Of a stretch of 64,000 nucleotides of DNA, positions 1 through 9,754 are shown one piece after another. Numbering within the stretch: the first letter of the stretch is position 1; every line of letters begins with the position of its first letter. Below the pieces are notes generated by a model. It was given only the letters and a program-made list of their open reading frames with translations, was not told the DNA's origin and did not search any database. A program made the translations under genes and the position numbers. Origin of the DNA: Polyangiaceae bacterium (GTDB lineage: Bacteria; Myxococcota_A; Polyangia; Polyangiales; Polyangiaceae); the NCBI GenBank assembly GCA_965222375.1, contig CBDCTZ010000015.1, positions 224,001-288,000 of the forward strand. Reading direction: 5' to 3'.

Positions 1-2
1 TG

Positions 3-584
3 CAGCGCGCAAAGAGCTTCTTGAAGCGCGGGCGCTTCGTCGTGAAGGGCCAGCTCAAACCGGCCCGGCATCGCAAGGCTCTCAAGTGGCGCATCAAGCG
101 CTACGGGCGCCTCAACGGCGTACCTTTCGAAAAGCTCAACCCAAAGAGCGCCTTCAGCCACGCGAAGCAAACCCGCTTCATGGGGCTTTCGATCCTCGTG
201 CACGAGAAAATCGCGCCGGCACTGACCTGCGTCGAAAAGCGGATCAAGAAAACCTGCAACGCCAAGAGCCGTCGATACTCCGCCAAGGCGATTGGCGGGT
301 TCCGGCAAGAGAATTCGATACGCGGTGGTGAAGTCAGCAATCACCTATTCGGCATCGCCGTCGACATCGACCCCGCGCGCAATCCCTGCTGTGGCTGCGT
401 CGCTCCTTGGCCCGATCACCCGTCGTGCAAGAAGGAAACCAAGAAGGTGATCGACAAGGCCGGCCTGACTCAGTGCTGGGTCAACGCCTTCGAGCGCTAT
501 GGCTTCTACTGGTTGGGGCGGGATGCCTTGGAAGACACCATGCACTTCGAATTCCTCGGCGATCCGGATCGCATCATTCCATAA
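3..584 (+). CDS. M15-family (D-Ala-D-Ala carboxypeptidase/L-Ala-D-Glu peptidase-like) Zn metallopeptidase, 5'-truncated by window edge
   Basis: Motifs SNHLFGIAVDID and DTMHFEF fit the M15 SxHxxGxAxD...H pattern; frame is open from base 3, so the true start is probably upstream. Confidence 0.75.
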   Translation, partial: QRAKSFLKRGRFVVKGQLKPARHRKALKWRIKRYGRLNGVPFEKLNPKSAFSHAKQTRFMGLSILVHEKIAPALTCVEKRIKKTCNAKSRRYSAKAIGGFRQENSIRGGEVSNHLFGIAVDIDPARNPCCGCVAPWPDHPSCKKETKKVIDKAGLTQCWVNAFERYGFYWLGRDALEDTMHFEFLGDPDRIIP

Positions 585-654
585 AGGCACACTGTAGAGT
601 TCGCGTGGTGACATACTGCGCGCACCGAGCCGAGCTTTTCGCTAGGCTAGCGGC

Positions 655-1572
655 GTGAAAAACAGAGCTGTCTTGAGTCTTCTCGTGCTGGTGCTCGGCT
701 GCGATTCCTCCAGCACTCCAGATCCGAAACCCATCGCTCCGGCGGTCGCCAATTGGGGCAGCGGAAAGGGCGATGTTGCTCGGGACGTACCTGACGAAGG
801 TGCGCCGGAATCCGTGCGTAGCTTTGCGGTAGATGACGCGGGCAGCGTGTACCTGCTCGACACGCTCAACTCACGTATCGCCGTGTACAAGAGCGGCATA
901 GCCTCGGCACCGGTGCCGCTGCCGAAAGGGCTTTTCGATGACATCGCTCTTCTGCCGTCGGGTGGGTACGCATTGTTGGACAACGCCAAACGCGTCATCA
1001 CCTATCTCGACGCCGAGGGCACCATAACTGGAGACACGCCTCTACAGCCTCTTGGGGTACCCGCTTCACGGGTGACTGCCCTCGACGTGACGGACGCGGT
1101 CTGGGTGGAGGTGGACGGCGAGTACTCGGTGAAGGTGGCGAGCAGCGAAGGCAAGACCACCGCGCCGGAAGCAGCGCCAGCGACGCTGCTGCTGAAGGAC
1201 TTTCACTACAGCCTGCAACGCAAGACCTCCGAGCTGACCACGCTGTACCGCTCCCCCGCAGCCGGGGGCGCTCGCAAAGCCCTTGGACAAGTGGACTTCG
1301 GACAGAGCGCTTTCGAGTGGCGCCTCTTCGCCTCCGATGACGCCGACGAACTCCGGGTTTTGGCCCGAGTCGGCAAAAGCCCGGGCGAAGCGGGAGAGAC
1401 CGTACTCCACATCACCCTCGGCACGGACGGAGTCGAGAAGTCGCGGGACAAACTATCCGGCAACGACGGCGTCGAAGAGGCTTTTCGCTTCGCGCGCTCT
1501 GCACCGAACGGCAAGTTGTATTGGATGCGCTTCACGCCGAATGGAGTTCGCGTGGAGGAGGTGAAGCCATGA
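655..1572 (+). CDS. Secreted lipoprotein with NHL/beta-propeller-like repeats
   Basis: Lipobox VLGC after a hydrophobic stretch; SFAVDDAGSVYLLDTLNSRI resembles an NHL blade. Confidence 0.6.
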   Translation: MKNRAVLSLLVLVLGCDSSSTPDPKPIAPAVANWGSGKGDVARDVPDEGAPESVRSFAVDDAGSVYLLDTLNSRIAVYKSGIASAPVPLPKGLFDDIALLPSGGYALLDNAKRVITYLDAEGTITGDTPLQPLGVPASRVTALDVTDAVWVEVDGEYSVKVASSEGKTTAPEAAPATLLLKDFHYSLQRKTSELTTLYRSPAAGGARKALGQVDFGQSAFEWRLFASDDADELRVLARVGKSPGEAGETVLHITLGTDGVEKSRDKLSGNDGVEEAFRFARSAPNGKLYWMRFTPNGVRVEEVKP

Positions 1573-3572
1573 AGCGCTGGCTCAGCCGCACACTCACTTT
1601 GCTGATGGCCCTGGCGGTCGGAAACTCCTGCGCCAGTTCGACCGAGGACGAACAGCTGGCCAGCCACCAGCTACCGGAAGTCAAAGCTCCCACAGAAGCC
1701 GTGTGTTCCATTCTCGTCACCGGAACCGGCAAGCTGGATATCGAGAACGAGTACCTCGCGAACGTCATCGCCTGCGAAGCATCTGGCTCCGCGGGGTTGG
1801 AAACCCTGAAGGCCCAGGCCATCGCTGCGCGCTCAGTGGCCTACTACGAGGCACTCGGAGACGGAACCATCTGCGACGGTCAAGGTTGCCAGGTGATGAC
1901 CTGCAGCCGCAAGCCGAGCGCCCTGCACTACCAGGCCGTCAAGGAGACGGCGCACCAATACCTGTCGCATTCCGGATTGGTCACCTACGGCTTCTACGTC
2001 AGTGGAGACGTCAACCCGGATCCAACCAGCTGCGTCGGGAATCCGAATCTCAAGCTCGAGAAGTACATCACCTACAACGATGGTAAGACCGGCGCAGCGG
2101 TGCAAATGACTACCCTGGGCTACGTTCCAAAAGGCGGCGGCGTGTTCGGACAGAACCGCGGATGCATGTCGCAGAACGGGTCGGTTTGCCTCGAGAACGG
2201 CGGCAAGACCTACCTCGACATCTTGCGCTTCTACTACGGCGCTGACATCGAGGTGCGCACGGGTCAGTCTTGCGTCGGCGCCCCGCTGCCCACACCAACG
2301 GAGCCCGAGGAGCCGACAACGGAGCCCGTACCGGCTTCCGGGGCGCTTGCGCCCATGACCCGCGCCGAAATCATTGGCATCGCCGAGAGCGGCATCGGCT
2401 ACTCGTACCGCTACGGGGGTGAATCCTGGGATCCGGGAGGAGTGAACTTCCCAGGCATATGCCACAAGACCTGCCTGGAACCGTCTTGTCATAGCGCGAG
2501 CAAGGGCGGCCCGGAGTGGGGCATGGATTGCTCAGGCTTCGTGCAGCAGGTGTGGCAGGCACCGCGCCCGAACCCCGTCAATCGAGAGATCGGGAAAGAA
2601 CGCTACAGCACCCACAACTTCCGCAACGAAGAGAAGGACTGGTTTCGGCTGAACAGTCGCGACGAGCTGAAACGCGGCGACGCACTCGTCTATCGCAACA
2701 GCAAGGGCGGTCACATCGTTCTGTTCGAGAAGTGGCTGGGCAACGGGCAGGCCCTCGTCTACGAATGCGCAGGCTGCAGCCGTGGGTGCGTTCACCGCGC
2801 CCGCAGCATCGGCGCCGCGTACATCCCGATTCGCCGCAGGCTCGTCAACGATCTGGATGACAAGGGCCTCGAAGGTGAGCTGGAAACCGCGAGCTGCGAG
2901 GAGATCTCAGGCTATGCGGTCGACCCGGCCAGCCCCGACACGCCCGTGGAAGTCGCGATCACGACTGACCGCCCCCTGGCCGAGAACGAGCAAGCTCAGG
3001 GGCAGCAACAAGTGTTGCTCACCTTGACCGCGAACCACAAGCGGCCGGATGTGTGCGCCAAGGGCAGCTCGTGTTTCATTGGCTTCATCGCGGCTCCCCC
3101 AAAAGAGCTCCTGGATGGCCTATCTCATCGTGTCTACGTCTACGCCCTGGGTGGTGGTGCCTTGGACAAACCCCGGCTCCTGGGTGGCTCCCCTCGAAGT
3201 CTGAAGTGCGATCCTCCGAGTGTCGGCACTTGCTCCCACAGCCCCTGCGCCGAGGGCGCCGCGCTGGATCCAACTTGCAGCACTTGCGTGAGCTGGATCT
3301 GTTTGGAAGACCCCGATTGCTGCAAGTCCGGCTGGGGCGCTTCCTGCATCGAGCGCATCGCGACCTTACCCGGTCGGGCGTGTAGCGGGCTATGCGCAGG
3401 GGGCCCGAGTAGCTGTGCCCACTCCGAATGCGAAGAAGGCGACGCATTGGCAACAACCTGCTCCAGCTGCGCGGACGCCGTGTGCAAGCGCGACCCCTTC
3501 TGCTGCAAGCACGAATGGGACGCAATCTGCGCACGCGAGGCAGAAGAGAACGCTTTCTGCGCGTGCCAGTGA
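1569..3572 (+). CDS. Secreted SpoIID/LytB-domain + NlpC/P60-domain peptidoglycan hydrolase with Cys-rich C-terminus
   Basis: YLANVIACE...LKAQAIAARS and GCMSQNG...ILRFYYG (SpoIID); GMDCSGFVQQVW...GHIVLF (NlpC/P60 Cys/His); ATG 1569 overlaps the upstream stop (ATGA). Confidence 0.8.
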   Translation: MKRWLSRTLTLLMALAVGNSCASSTEDEQLASHQLPEVKAPTEAVCSILVTGTGKLDIENEYLANVIACEASGSAGLETLKAQAIAARSVAYYEALGDGTICDGQGCQVMTCSRKPSALHYQAVKETAHQYLSHSGLVTYGFYVSGDVNPDPTSCVGNPNLKLEKYITYNDGKTGAAVQMTTLGYVPKGGGVFGQNRGCMSQNGSVCLENGGKTYLDILRFYYGADIEVRTGQSCVGAPLPTPTEPEEPTTEPVPASGALAPMTRAEIIGIAESGIGYSYRYGGESWDPGGVNFPGICHKTCLEPSCHSASKGGPEWGMDCSGFVQQVWQAPRPNPVNREIGKERYSTHNFRNEEKDWFRLNSRDELKRGDALVYRNSKGGHIVLFEKWLGNGQALVYECAGCSRGCVHRARSIGAAYIPIRRRLVNDLDDKGLEGELETASCEEISGYAVDPASPDTPVEVAITTDRPLAENEQAQGQQQVLLTLTANHKRPDVCAKGSSCFIGFIAAPPKELLDGLSHRVYVYALGGGALDKPRLLGGSPRSLKCDPPSVGTCSHSPCAEGAALDPTCSTCVSWICLEDPDCCKSGWGASCIERIATLPGRACSGLCAGGPSSCAHSECEEGDALATTCSSCADAVCKRDPFCCKHEWDAICAREAEENAFCACQ

Positions 3573-3705
3573 AGCGGCCGGTGGGTTCGGGCTCCTGGAT
3601 TGTCTGGGTCGCGGAGACTGCGCCGCCGCGGGCCACTGCTCTCGAGATGGGCTGAAAGTGGCGTTTCCAGAAAATGTCAGTAGGATGTCAGTAGGCTTTT
3701 CGGCT

Positions 3706-6549
3706 TCAGCGCGTGCCAATCAGGCGGGCGCGGAGCTCGGGATCGTTGGGGTCGAGGGTCTCCGCTTGCTTCCAGGTGGCGATGGCGTCTTTGCGCTTGC
3801 CCGCTTTGAGCAGTGCGTCACCCAGCAGCACGCGATATCGGATGTTGCCGCCGGCAATCTTGACGGCGCGCCGAGCCCAGACCACCGCCGCGACTCCCAA
3901 GTCCAACTTGATCAGCGCAGCAGCCGCCCCCGCAGCCGCACGTGCTTCCTTGGGTGCGAGCACATAGGCGCGACGCGAGTAGCGCTCCTGGGCAAAGTAG
4001 TCTCGTCGCGACAGAGCCTTGTCTGCAAGCGCCAGTTGTGTCTTCGCCAAGCTCGCTCGGCCAGCTTCATCGTTCAGCTCCAAGCCGGAGCCACGCATCA
4101 GCGGGTCTCGAGCCTCATCGAACTTCCCGGTCATGGCAAGGGCATCAGCGAAAGCGCGCAGGGCTTGGCGATCACCTGGCTGTATCTTCAGTGCGGCTTT
4201 GGCCGCCTCGGCGCCGCTCCTTCCGTCTCGACGCAGCAGCAACGTCCGCGCAAGCTCCACGTGCGCCTGGAACAGCGATGCGTCAAAGGCGATGGCGCGA
4301 CAGTATGCCCGCTGGGTCTGTTCGAGATCGCCTCGCACCAGATGCTTGCGCGCGGCGCGTAGCTGCGCGTAGGCCGCGCCGGGATAGACGCCCGGCGGTG
4401 GTTCCGAAGTGGACAGTAGCGCAGCGCAAGTGGGCGCCGTCTTCATGGGCTCAGCATCGCTTTCCGAAAGCGATGGGCTGGCGGGCTTGCCGGATTGGGT
4501 TGGCTTCGCAGGTTTGCCGGACTGGGCGGGTGCTGCGGACTTGGACGGCGCAGCCACAGACGTGGCTGGCGTCGGTGGAGTGCCGGCGGCCGCCTTCGAT
4601 GCGGCCGGCGCTGGCGTGGGTGGCGGCTTGGCAGACTCGGCCACAGGCGACGCGTGGGAGCGGGAGCGCACAAACCAGAGCACCACCACCACGACCACCA
4701 GGATCTGCGCGCCGGCGATCAGCGCCAACTGCCAGCGCTTGAGCCCGAAGGGCCCTCGGCCGCGCTTCAAGTCTCGCGCGGCGCGATCAAGATCGCGCCC
4801 GATGGCCTGAGCGCCGGCGTCGGGATCCGCGATGCTCTCCCGGGGCGCCGGCTTGGGGGCTTGGGCCGGGATGCTCGGCGGTATAGGCGGAGTCTCTGAA
4901 TCTGCCTGGCTGAGCGCGACGTCGACGGTCGCCATGATATTCGCTGTGGTGGCCTTCTCGACGGGTTCCACCCGAATACGACCCGAAGACAGAACTAGCA
5001 GAGCCGCCAGAGCCGTCGGCCCTTCGAGCACTTTGCCGCTGCCATCGAGCAGGTGACAAGTGGCGCCAACGATCAATTCCTCGGACGCGTCTACTTGAAT
5101 CTGTGCCCGTGGGTTGGTGACGGTCATGCGCACAGTTCGGCCAGAAGCGGCTATCGCTCTCAAGATGCGGGCGGGACCCATGATCTCCAACCGGGTGTCG
5201 AAGGCGATTCCCGCGCTGGCGCGCTGCCTGGCGGATTGTTCGGGTTCGGCCAGTTGGGTGAGCGTACCCAAGATCCGATCCACGCCTGCTACGGGCGATG
5301 CCTCGGTCCAGACTTCGTTCCAACGCACGACGAGCAGCGCCGACCACTTCAAGCGCGAGTCGCTCCGCAAACGGCGCATCAACTGGTAGCCCTTGCCGCG
5401 CGCGTGTTCGTCCCCGATTAGCAGAATCCCCGGGTCGAGTTGGCGAAGACGCGCAAAGCGGACATCACTCGGTTCCAGATCCGTGACGACAAGGGTCACG
5501 CCTCGTGCGCGTAGCTCTCGAGAAACCGCGTCGGCGCGTGCGGCGTCGTCTTCCGCAAGCAGGATGCGCAGCCCACCGATGTCCTCTTCCCCGGCGCGAC
5601 CCACGGTCTCGTCGCCACCCAGAAGCTGGATGGTGCCACCGGCATGCTCGTCGAACTCCCAACGGAGGGCCTCGGCCATGACTACCTGGCCGCGAACCCG
5701 GTCGACGAAGTCCTCGATGGCTTCGGTCAAGGGTTTGCCGGCGCCCAACACCAAGCGCAGAGTCTCCGTGTCGTCCCCGGCGCCGGTGTGAACGCTCAGG
5801 ATGCCGGTCTTGAGCTGCTTGGTCAGGGCGCGAACCAAGTCTTCGAGCGTTGCCTCGCCGACATCCCCGAGCTCAGAGCCACCGCGGTCGGGGATCTCAC
5901 GTGCAAGCCGCGCGATGCGCTCGCCAATCTGGTCGATGCTTGCGGAGTGGGGGATCACCGCGGCCGCACCGTGGCGAAACGCGCGCAGCCGCGTCTCCAA
6001 CGCGGCGTCATCGCTCAGCAGCGCGACGGGCACCACGGACGTGTGAGGTGAACTCGACAGCTGAGCCAGCACGCCAAGACCGCCCTCTTTGGCGGCCTCG
6101 CCGGCCAAGACAACCAGATCGGGTGCTGCCACGACGACCGCGTCGACTGCGTCGTCCGGGCTGCAGCTCTCGACGTACAGACGGTGCCGAGCCATTGCCG
6201 GCTCGAGGGTCTCGAGCAGCGTCGGCGAAGCAGCCACGAACAGCACCGATGGATCGGCACCACCGCCGTCCCGAACGCGAGGTCGCAGGGACAAGGGGCG
6301 CAGGGACGGCGGTCTGCGCGATGGGCTCGGTGGCTTCGACTTCGGAGGTGCCGAAGGCAGGAAGTCGCCGGCGGGCATGGTGGGTGCTTCGGCTCCAAAA
6401 CCACCGGCCATGGTCGTCTCCGGTGGCCGAACGGTCTTGGCTACGTGGGTCGCCTTGCGACCTGCGGGCTTTTCGCCCGCGCCGTCACGCGCCGGCTCAG
6501 GAGGCGGCGGAGGCAATAGCCCGCTTGACCGCTCGTCCCAAGAGCCCAT
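3706..6549 (-). CDS. Membrane protein with two receiver-like domains, a DUF4388-like region, a TM helix and C-terminal TPR repeats
   Basis: PDLVVLAG...VPVALLS...AFRHGA and LRILLAEDD receiver-like segments; TM LALIAGAQILVVVVVVLWF; TPR-like helices at the C-terminus; alternative start 6561. Confidence 0.6.
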   Translation of the reverse strand: MGSWDERSSGLLPPPPPEPARDGAGEKPAGRKATHVAKTVRPPETTMAGGFGAEAPTMPAGDFLPSAPPKSKPPSPSRRPPSLRPLSLRPRVRDGGGADPSVLFVAASPTLLETLEPAMARHRLYVESCSPDDAVDAVVVAAPDLVVLAGEAAKEGGLGVLAQLSSSPHTSVVPVALLSDDAALETRLRAFRHGAAAVIPHSASIDQIGERIARLAREIPDRGGSELGDVGEATLEDLVRALTKQLKTGILSVHTGAGDDTETLRLVLGAGKPLTEAIEDFVDRVRGQVVMAEALRWEFDEHAGGTIQLLGGDETVGRAGEEDIGGLRILLAEDDAARADAVSRELRARGVTLVVTDLEPSDVRFARLRQLDPGILLIGDEHARGKGYQLMRRLRSDSRLKWSALLVVRWNEVWTEASPVAGVDRILGTLTQLAEPEQSARQRASAGIAFDTRLEIMGPARILRAIAASGRTVRMTVTNPRAQIQVDASEELIVGATCHLLDGSGKVLEGPTALAALLVLSSGRIRVEPVEKATTANIMATVDVALSQADSETPPIPPSIPAQAPKPAPRESIADPDAGAQAIGRDLDRAARDLKRGRGPFGLKRWQLALIAGAQILVVVVVVLWFVRSRSHASPVAESAKPPPTPAPAASKAAAGTPPTPATSVAAPSKSAAPAQSGKPAKPTQSGKPASPSLSESDAEPMKTAPTCAALLSTSEPPPGVYPGAAYAQLRAARKHLVRGDLEQTQRAYCRAIAFDASLFQAHVELARTLLLRRDGRSGAEAAKAALKIQPGDRQALRAFADALAMTGKFDEARDPLMRGSGLELNDEAGRASLAKTQLALADKALSRRDYFAQERYSRRAYVLAPKEARAAAGAAAALIKLDLGVAAVVWARRAVKIAGGNIRYRVLLGDALLKAGKRKDAIATWKQAETLDPNDPELRARLIGTR

Positions 6550-6790
6550 AAGCAATATCATCGCGGGTTTTTGCCAAAGGGGCCAGAGATTGACGCTCAG
6601 GTCCGTGTCCTATGCTTCCGGAACTCCTCGGGATTTGCTGGCGCTTGGTGGGTTGGCGCGTGCGACGATTACTTACTGAAGTGCACAGCCGCCGCGGCAG
6701 CGTTCCTCTGCCACACACCGACGCACATCGTCGCCTGGTGAGCAGCGGACTTTCACGGGGCTTTTCTGAACGACTACGACTCGACGGCGC

Positions 6791-7618
6791 TCACTTCGAA
6801 GCGGCTGCGCGAGCGTCGACTTGCTGCAGCAGCTCGACCAACTCGTCGTGCAGGATTCCATTCGAGACGACCACGTGGCCTCGAGACAAATCCGGGACAC
6901 CGCCGCTCAGGTTGGTCACCTTCGCGCCCGCAGCAAGCGCTATGGAGACTCCTGCCGCCAAATCCCAAGTGGACAGCTTCCGCTCCCAGAACATGTCGTA
7001 GGTGCCATCCGCTACCAGGCAGACGTCAATGGAAGCCGAACCGCAGCGCCGCACTCCTTGGGCGCGCTTCTTCACCGCGACGAAACTGTCGAAGTTGTTG
7101 TCCGGCGCCACATCTCGCTTTCGAGGGAAACCCGTAGCGCCGAGAGCCTGCTCGAAGTCGGCGCAGCTACTGACCCGGCATGGCTCGACGTTCCTATTCG
7201 CGGTCTGACCGGTAGCGCCATGCCACTCGAGGGACAGCGCTGGGGCAACGACGGCTCCGAGCAAGGCTTCCGTGTTGTCCATCAGCCCAATGCTGACCGC
7301 CCAGAACGGGTGCCCATGGGCGTAGTTGGCCGTGCCGTCGATGGGGTCGCAATACCAGACGAGACCTGACGCGGCCGCACCGCCTTCTTCTTCCCCGAAA
7401 ACTGGGATCTCCGGCGTGCGCTTGGCGAGCAGCTCACGTGCAAGGCGCTCGGTGGACAGATCGAATTCCGTCACCAAGTCTTTGGCCCCCTTCTCCGTCA
7501 CTCGATGCGGCTGCCGGAAGCCGCTCATAGCGAGGGCGCCGGCCTCTCGCCCGACCTCGAGGGCGATCTGGGTCAGCCGTTGCTTTTCAACTGCACCTAG
7601 GTCTGCGACGGAAGTCAC
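6791..7618 (-). CDS. Inositol monophosphatase family protein (SuhB-like)
   Basis: [18 protein letters not shown] and WDLAAG motifs; GTG 7618 overlaps the upstream stop. Confidence 0.9.
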   Translation of the reverse strand: MTSVADLGAVEKQRLTQIALEVGREAGALAMSGFRQPHRVTEKGAKDLVTEFDLSTERLARELLAKRTPEIPVFGEEEGGAAASGLVWYCDPIDGTANYAHGHPFWAVSIGLMDNTEALLGAVVAPALSLEWHGATGQTANRNVEPCRVSSCADFEQALGATGFPRKRDVAPDNNFDSFVAVKKRAQGVRRCGSASIDVCLVADGTYDMFWERKLSTWDLAAGVSIALAAGAKVTNLSGGVPDLSRGHVVVSNGILHDELVELLQQVDARAAASK

Positions 7619-8100
7619 GCCGCGTGGCACTTCTTGTATTTCTTACCGCTTCCGCAGGGACAAGGATCGTTGCGACCGACCTTGGGTTCCTCGCGCTTCA
7701 CTGGGGGCCCGGCAATCTGCTCACCGTCAGCGAACAACCACTTGCCATTGCGCTTTTCGAAGTGAGCCCGCTCGCGATGGTCCACCCCGACGTTTTTCAC
7801 TTTGTATTTCGCGAGGAACTCGACCGTGCCCTTCTCGTCCTTTTCACCGCCACCCTCGGTAGAAATCACTTCGAGGCTGAGCCACTCGCTCTGTTTGCTC
7901 CACATGGCCGTGCTCTCACGGTCCACATCCTTGGCGGCCTCAGGCGTGTGGGACGCCAAGATGAAATCCACTTCGCCGAGGGCGTAAGCGGAGTAGCGCG
8001 CACGCATCAGATCTTCGGCAGTCTTCGCCTTCTTCTTACCTTTGATGATCGGCAGACAGTGGGTTTCGGTGCTGTCACCAACTCCGCATACACAGGGCAA
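7615..8100 (-). CDS. ychJ: YchJ family (UPF0225) protein with C-terminal SEC-C motif
   Basis: [27 protein letters not shown] and [22 protein letters not shown] start preceded by AGGAGA. Confidence 0.85.
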   Translation of the reverse strand: MPCVCGVGDSTETHCLPIIKGKKKAKTAEDLMRARYSAYALGEVDFILASHTPEAAKDVDRESTAMWSKQSEWLSLEVISTEGGGEKDEKGTVEFLAKYKVKNVGVDHRERAHFEKRNGKWLFADGEQIAGPPVKREEPKVGRNDPCPCGSGKKYKKCHAA

Positions 8101-8297
8101 AGCGATTCTCCTGGGTTTCTCGACTCGAGCGCCGGTTTCCGGGCCCGGGGAGCAACCTAGTAGAATGCATCCGCGAGGCAAAGCCCTCTCGCCCGTGGTC
8201 GAACGCGCTGCGTCGCCTGATCCGCTTCAGAGGGAACAGGAGGCGGGAAGGTCGGGAAGGAAGAGGGTTTGGGTCTGTTCGGATCTCTCGCTCCAGG

Positions 8298-9749
8298 CTA
8301 CGCGCGTTCCAGGGCGCGCAAGATCCGGTCGTGGATGCCGCCGAATGCGCCGTTTGACAAGAGGGCGATGACATCTCCGGATCCGGCGCGCTCTACCAGC
8401 TGACTGACGATGTCATCGAGGGCCGAATGCGCCGTCGCCTGCTTGCCCCGCTGTCGAAGCGCCGCGGCGATTTTCTCCGTGTCCAGGCGCTCTTCGGCGG
8501 GAAGATCTCGGCCCAAGGGGGCCAGGTGGATCTCATCCGCAGAGTCCCAGCAGTCCTCGTAGGCCGCCTGATGGATATTGCGGCAGGCCGTGGCACTGCG
8601 TGGCTCGAAGATGGCGAAGAGCCGAGACTTGGAATGCTTCTGGCGAAGTGCCAGCAGCGTTTCGTGCACGGCAGTCGGGTGGTGCGCGAAGTCGTCGTAG
8701 ACGAAGATCCCCCGGGGCTGTCCGATCAAGTCTTGGCGACGCCCCACGCCGGCGAACTGCGGCAGCCCCTCGCCTAGAGCTTCCAAACGCACTCCGTAGC
8801 CCTGCGCGGCAGCGCCGACAGCCGCCAGGGCGTTCTTCAAGTTGTGGCGCCCGGGAGCCTTCAGGGTGCAACGACCACAGGCAACTCCGCCGGCGAAGAG
8901 CTCGAACACCGTACCGTTTTGATCAATCTTGACCGGTGCCGCCAACCAGTGCGGTGACTGTCCGTGGGTGTCTTCGCCCTGCAGCGCGAACCACGCCACT
9001 TCGCTTTTGGCGTGCTTTGATACGATTTCCACGACCCGCGAATCAGCGGCGTTGGCCACGAGCAGGCCAGTATCCGGAATGCTCGCGACAAAGTCCCGAA
9101 ACGCCTGCAGATAGCGTTCCTCGGTGGGATAGATGTCGATGTGGTCGTGCTCGATGCTGGTGATGATGGCGACTTCGGGCTGGTAGTGCAGGAACTTTGC
9201 GGTCTTTTCGAAGTACGCGGTGTCGTATTCGTCGCCTTCGATCACGAAGGGCACGTTGCGCAGTCGCCCGTCGGTATTGAGCCGGCGCGGCCCCGGGTCT
9301 GCGCCGCGAAAGCTGGTCGAGAAATTCTTTGGCAAGCCGCCGATCAGAAAGCCAGGGGAGCGCCCAGCAACTTCCAACAAGTGCGCGACCATGGCGCTGG
9401 TGGTCGTCTTGCCATGGGTTCCCGCGACGACCAGCGGTGACGTGCCAGGAAACACCAGGCGCTGGAGTGCTCCGGCGATGTGGGTGACGTCCATCTTCCG
9501 CTCGAAGGCGTGCATCGCCTCGGGGTTGTTTCGCCGGCACACGTTGCCGACGACGACCAGGTCCGGCTCGGGCTCCAGGTGTGCCGGGTCGAAAGCCTCC
9601 AAGCAGCGAATGCCCCACTCCTTCAGGGCGGGGCCCATGGGTGGATCGAAGGCGACATCGCTGCCCGTCACCTCGTGTCCCTGGCTCTTGAGCAGCCCGG
9701 CTAGGCTGCCCATGCCGGTACCAGCCACGGCGATGACGTGGACGCGCAT
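8298..9749 (-). CDS. mpl: Murein peptide ligase (UDP-MurNAc:L-Ala-gamma-D-Glu-mDAP ligase)
   Basis: VAGTGMGSLA, AGTHGKTTT, EGDEYDTAYFEK, DDFAHHPTA, FEPRS and SNGAFGGIH are Mpl-type Mur ligase motifs; alternative GTG start 9758. Confidence 0.85.
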   Translation of the reverse strand: MRVHVIAVAGTGMGSLAGLLKSQGHEVTGSDVAFDPPMGPALKEWGIRCLEAFDPAHLEPEPDLVVVGNVCRRNNPEAMHAFERKMDVTHIAGALQRLVFPGTSPLVVAGTHGKTTTSAMVAHLLEVAGRSPGFLIGGLPKNFSTSFRGADPGPRRLNTDGRLRNVPFVIEGDEYDTAYFEKTAKFLHYQPEVAIITSIEHDHIDIYPTEERYLQAFRDFVASIPDTGLLVANAADSRVVEIVSKHAKSEVAWFALQGEDTHGQSPHWLAAPVKIDQNGTVFELFAGGVACGRCTLKAPGRHNLKNALAAVGAAAQGYGVRLEALGEGLPQFAGVGRRQDLIGQPRGIFVYDDFAHHPTAVHETLLALRQKHSKSRLFAIFEPRSATACRNIHQAAYEDCWDSADEIHLAPLGRDLPAEERLDTEKIAAALRQRGKQATAHSALDDIVSQLVERAGSGDVIALLSNGAFGGIHDRILRALERA

Positions 9750-9754
9750 CTTCT

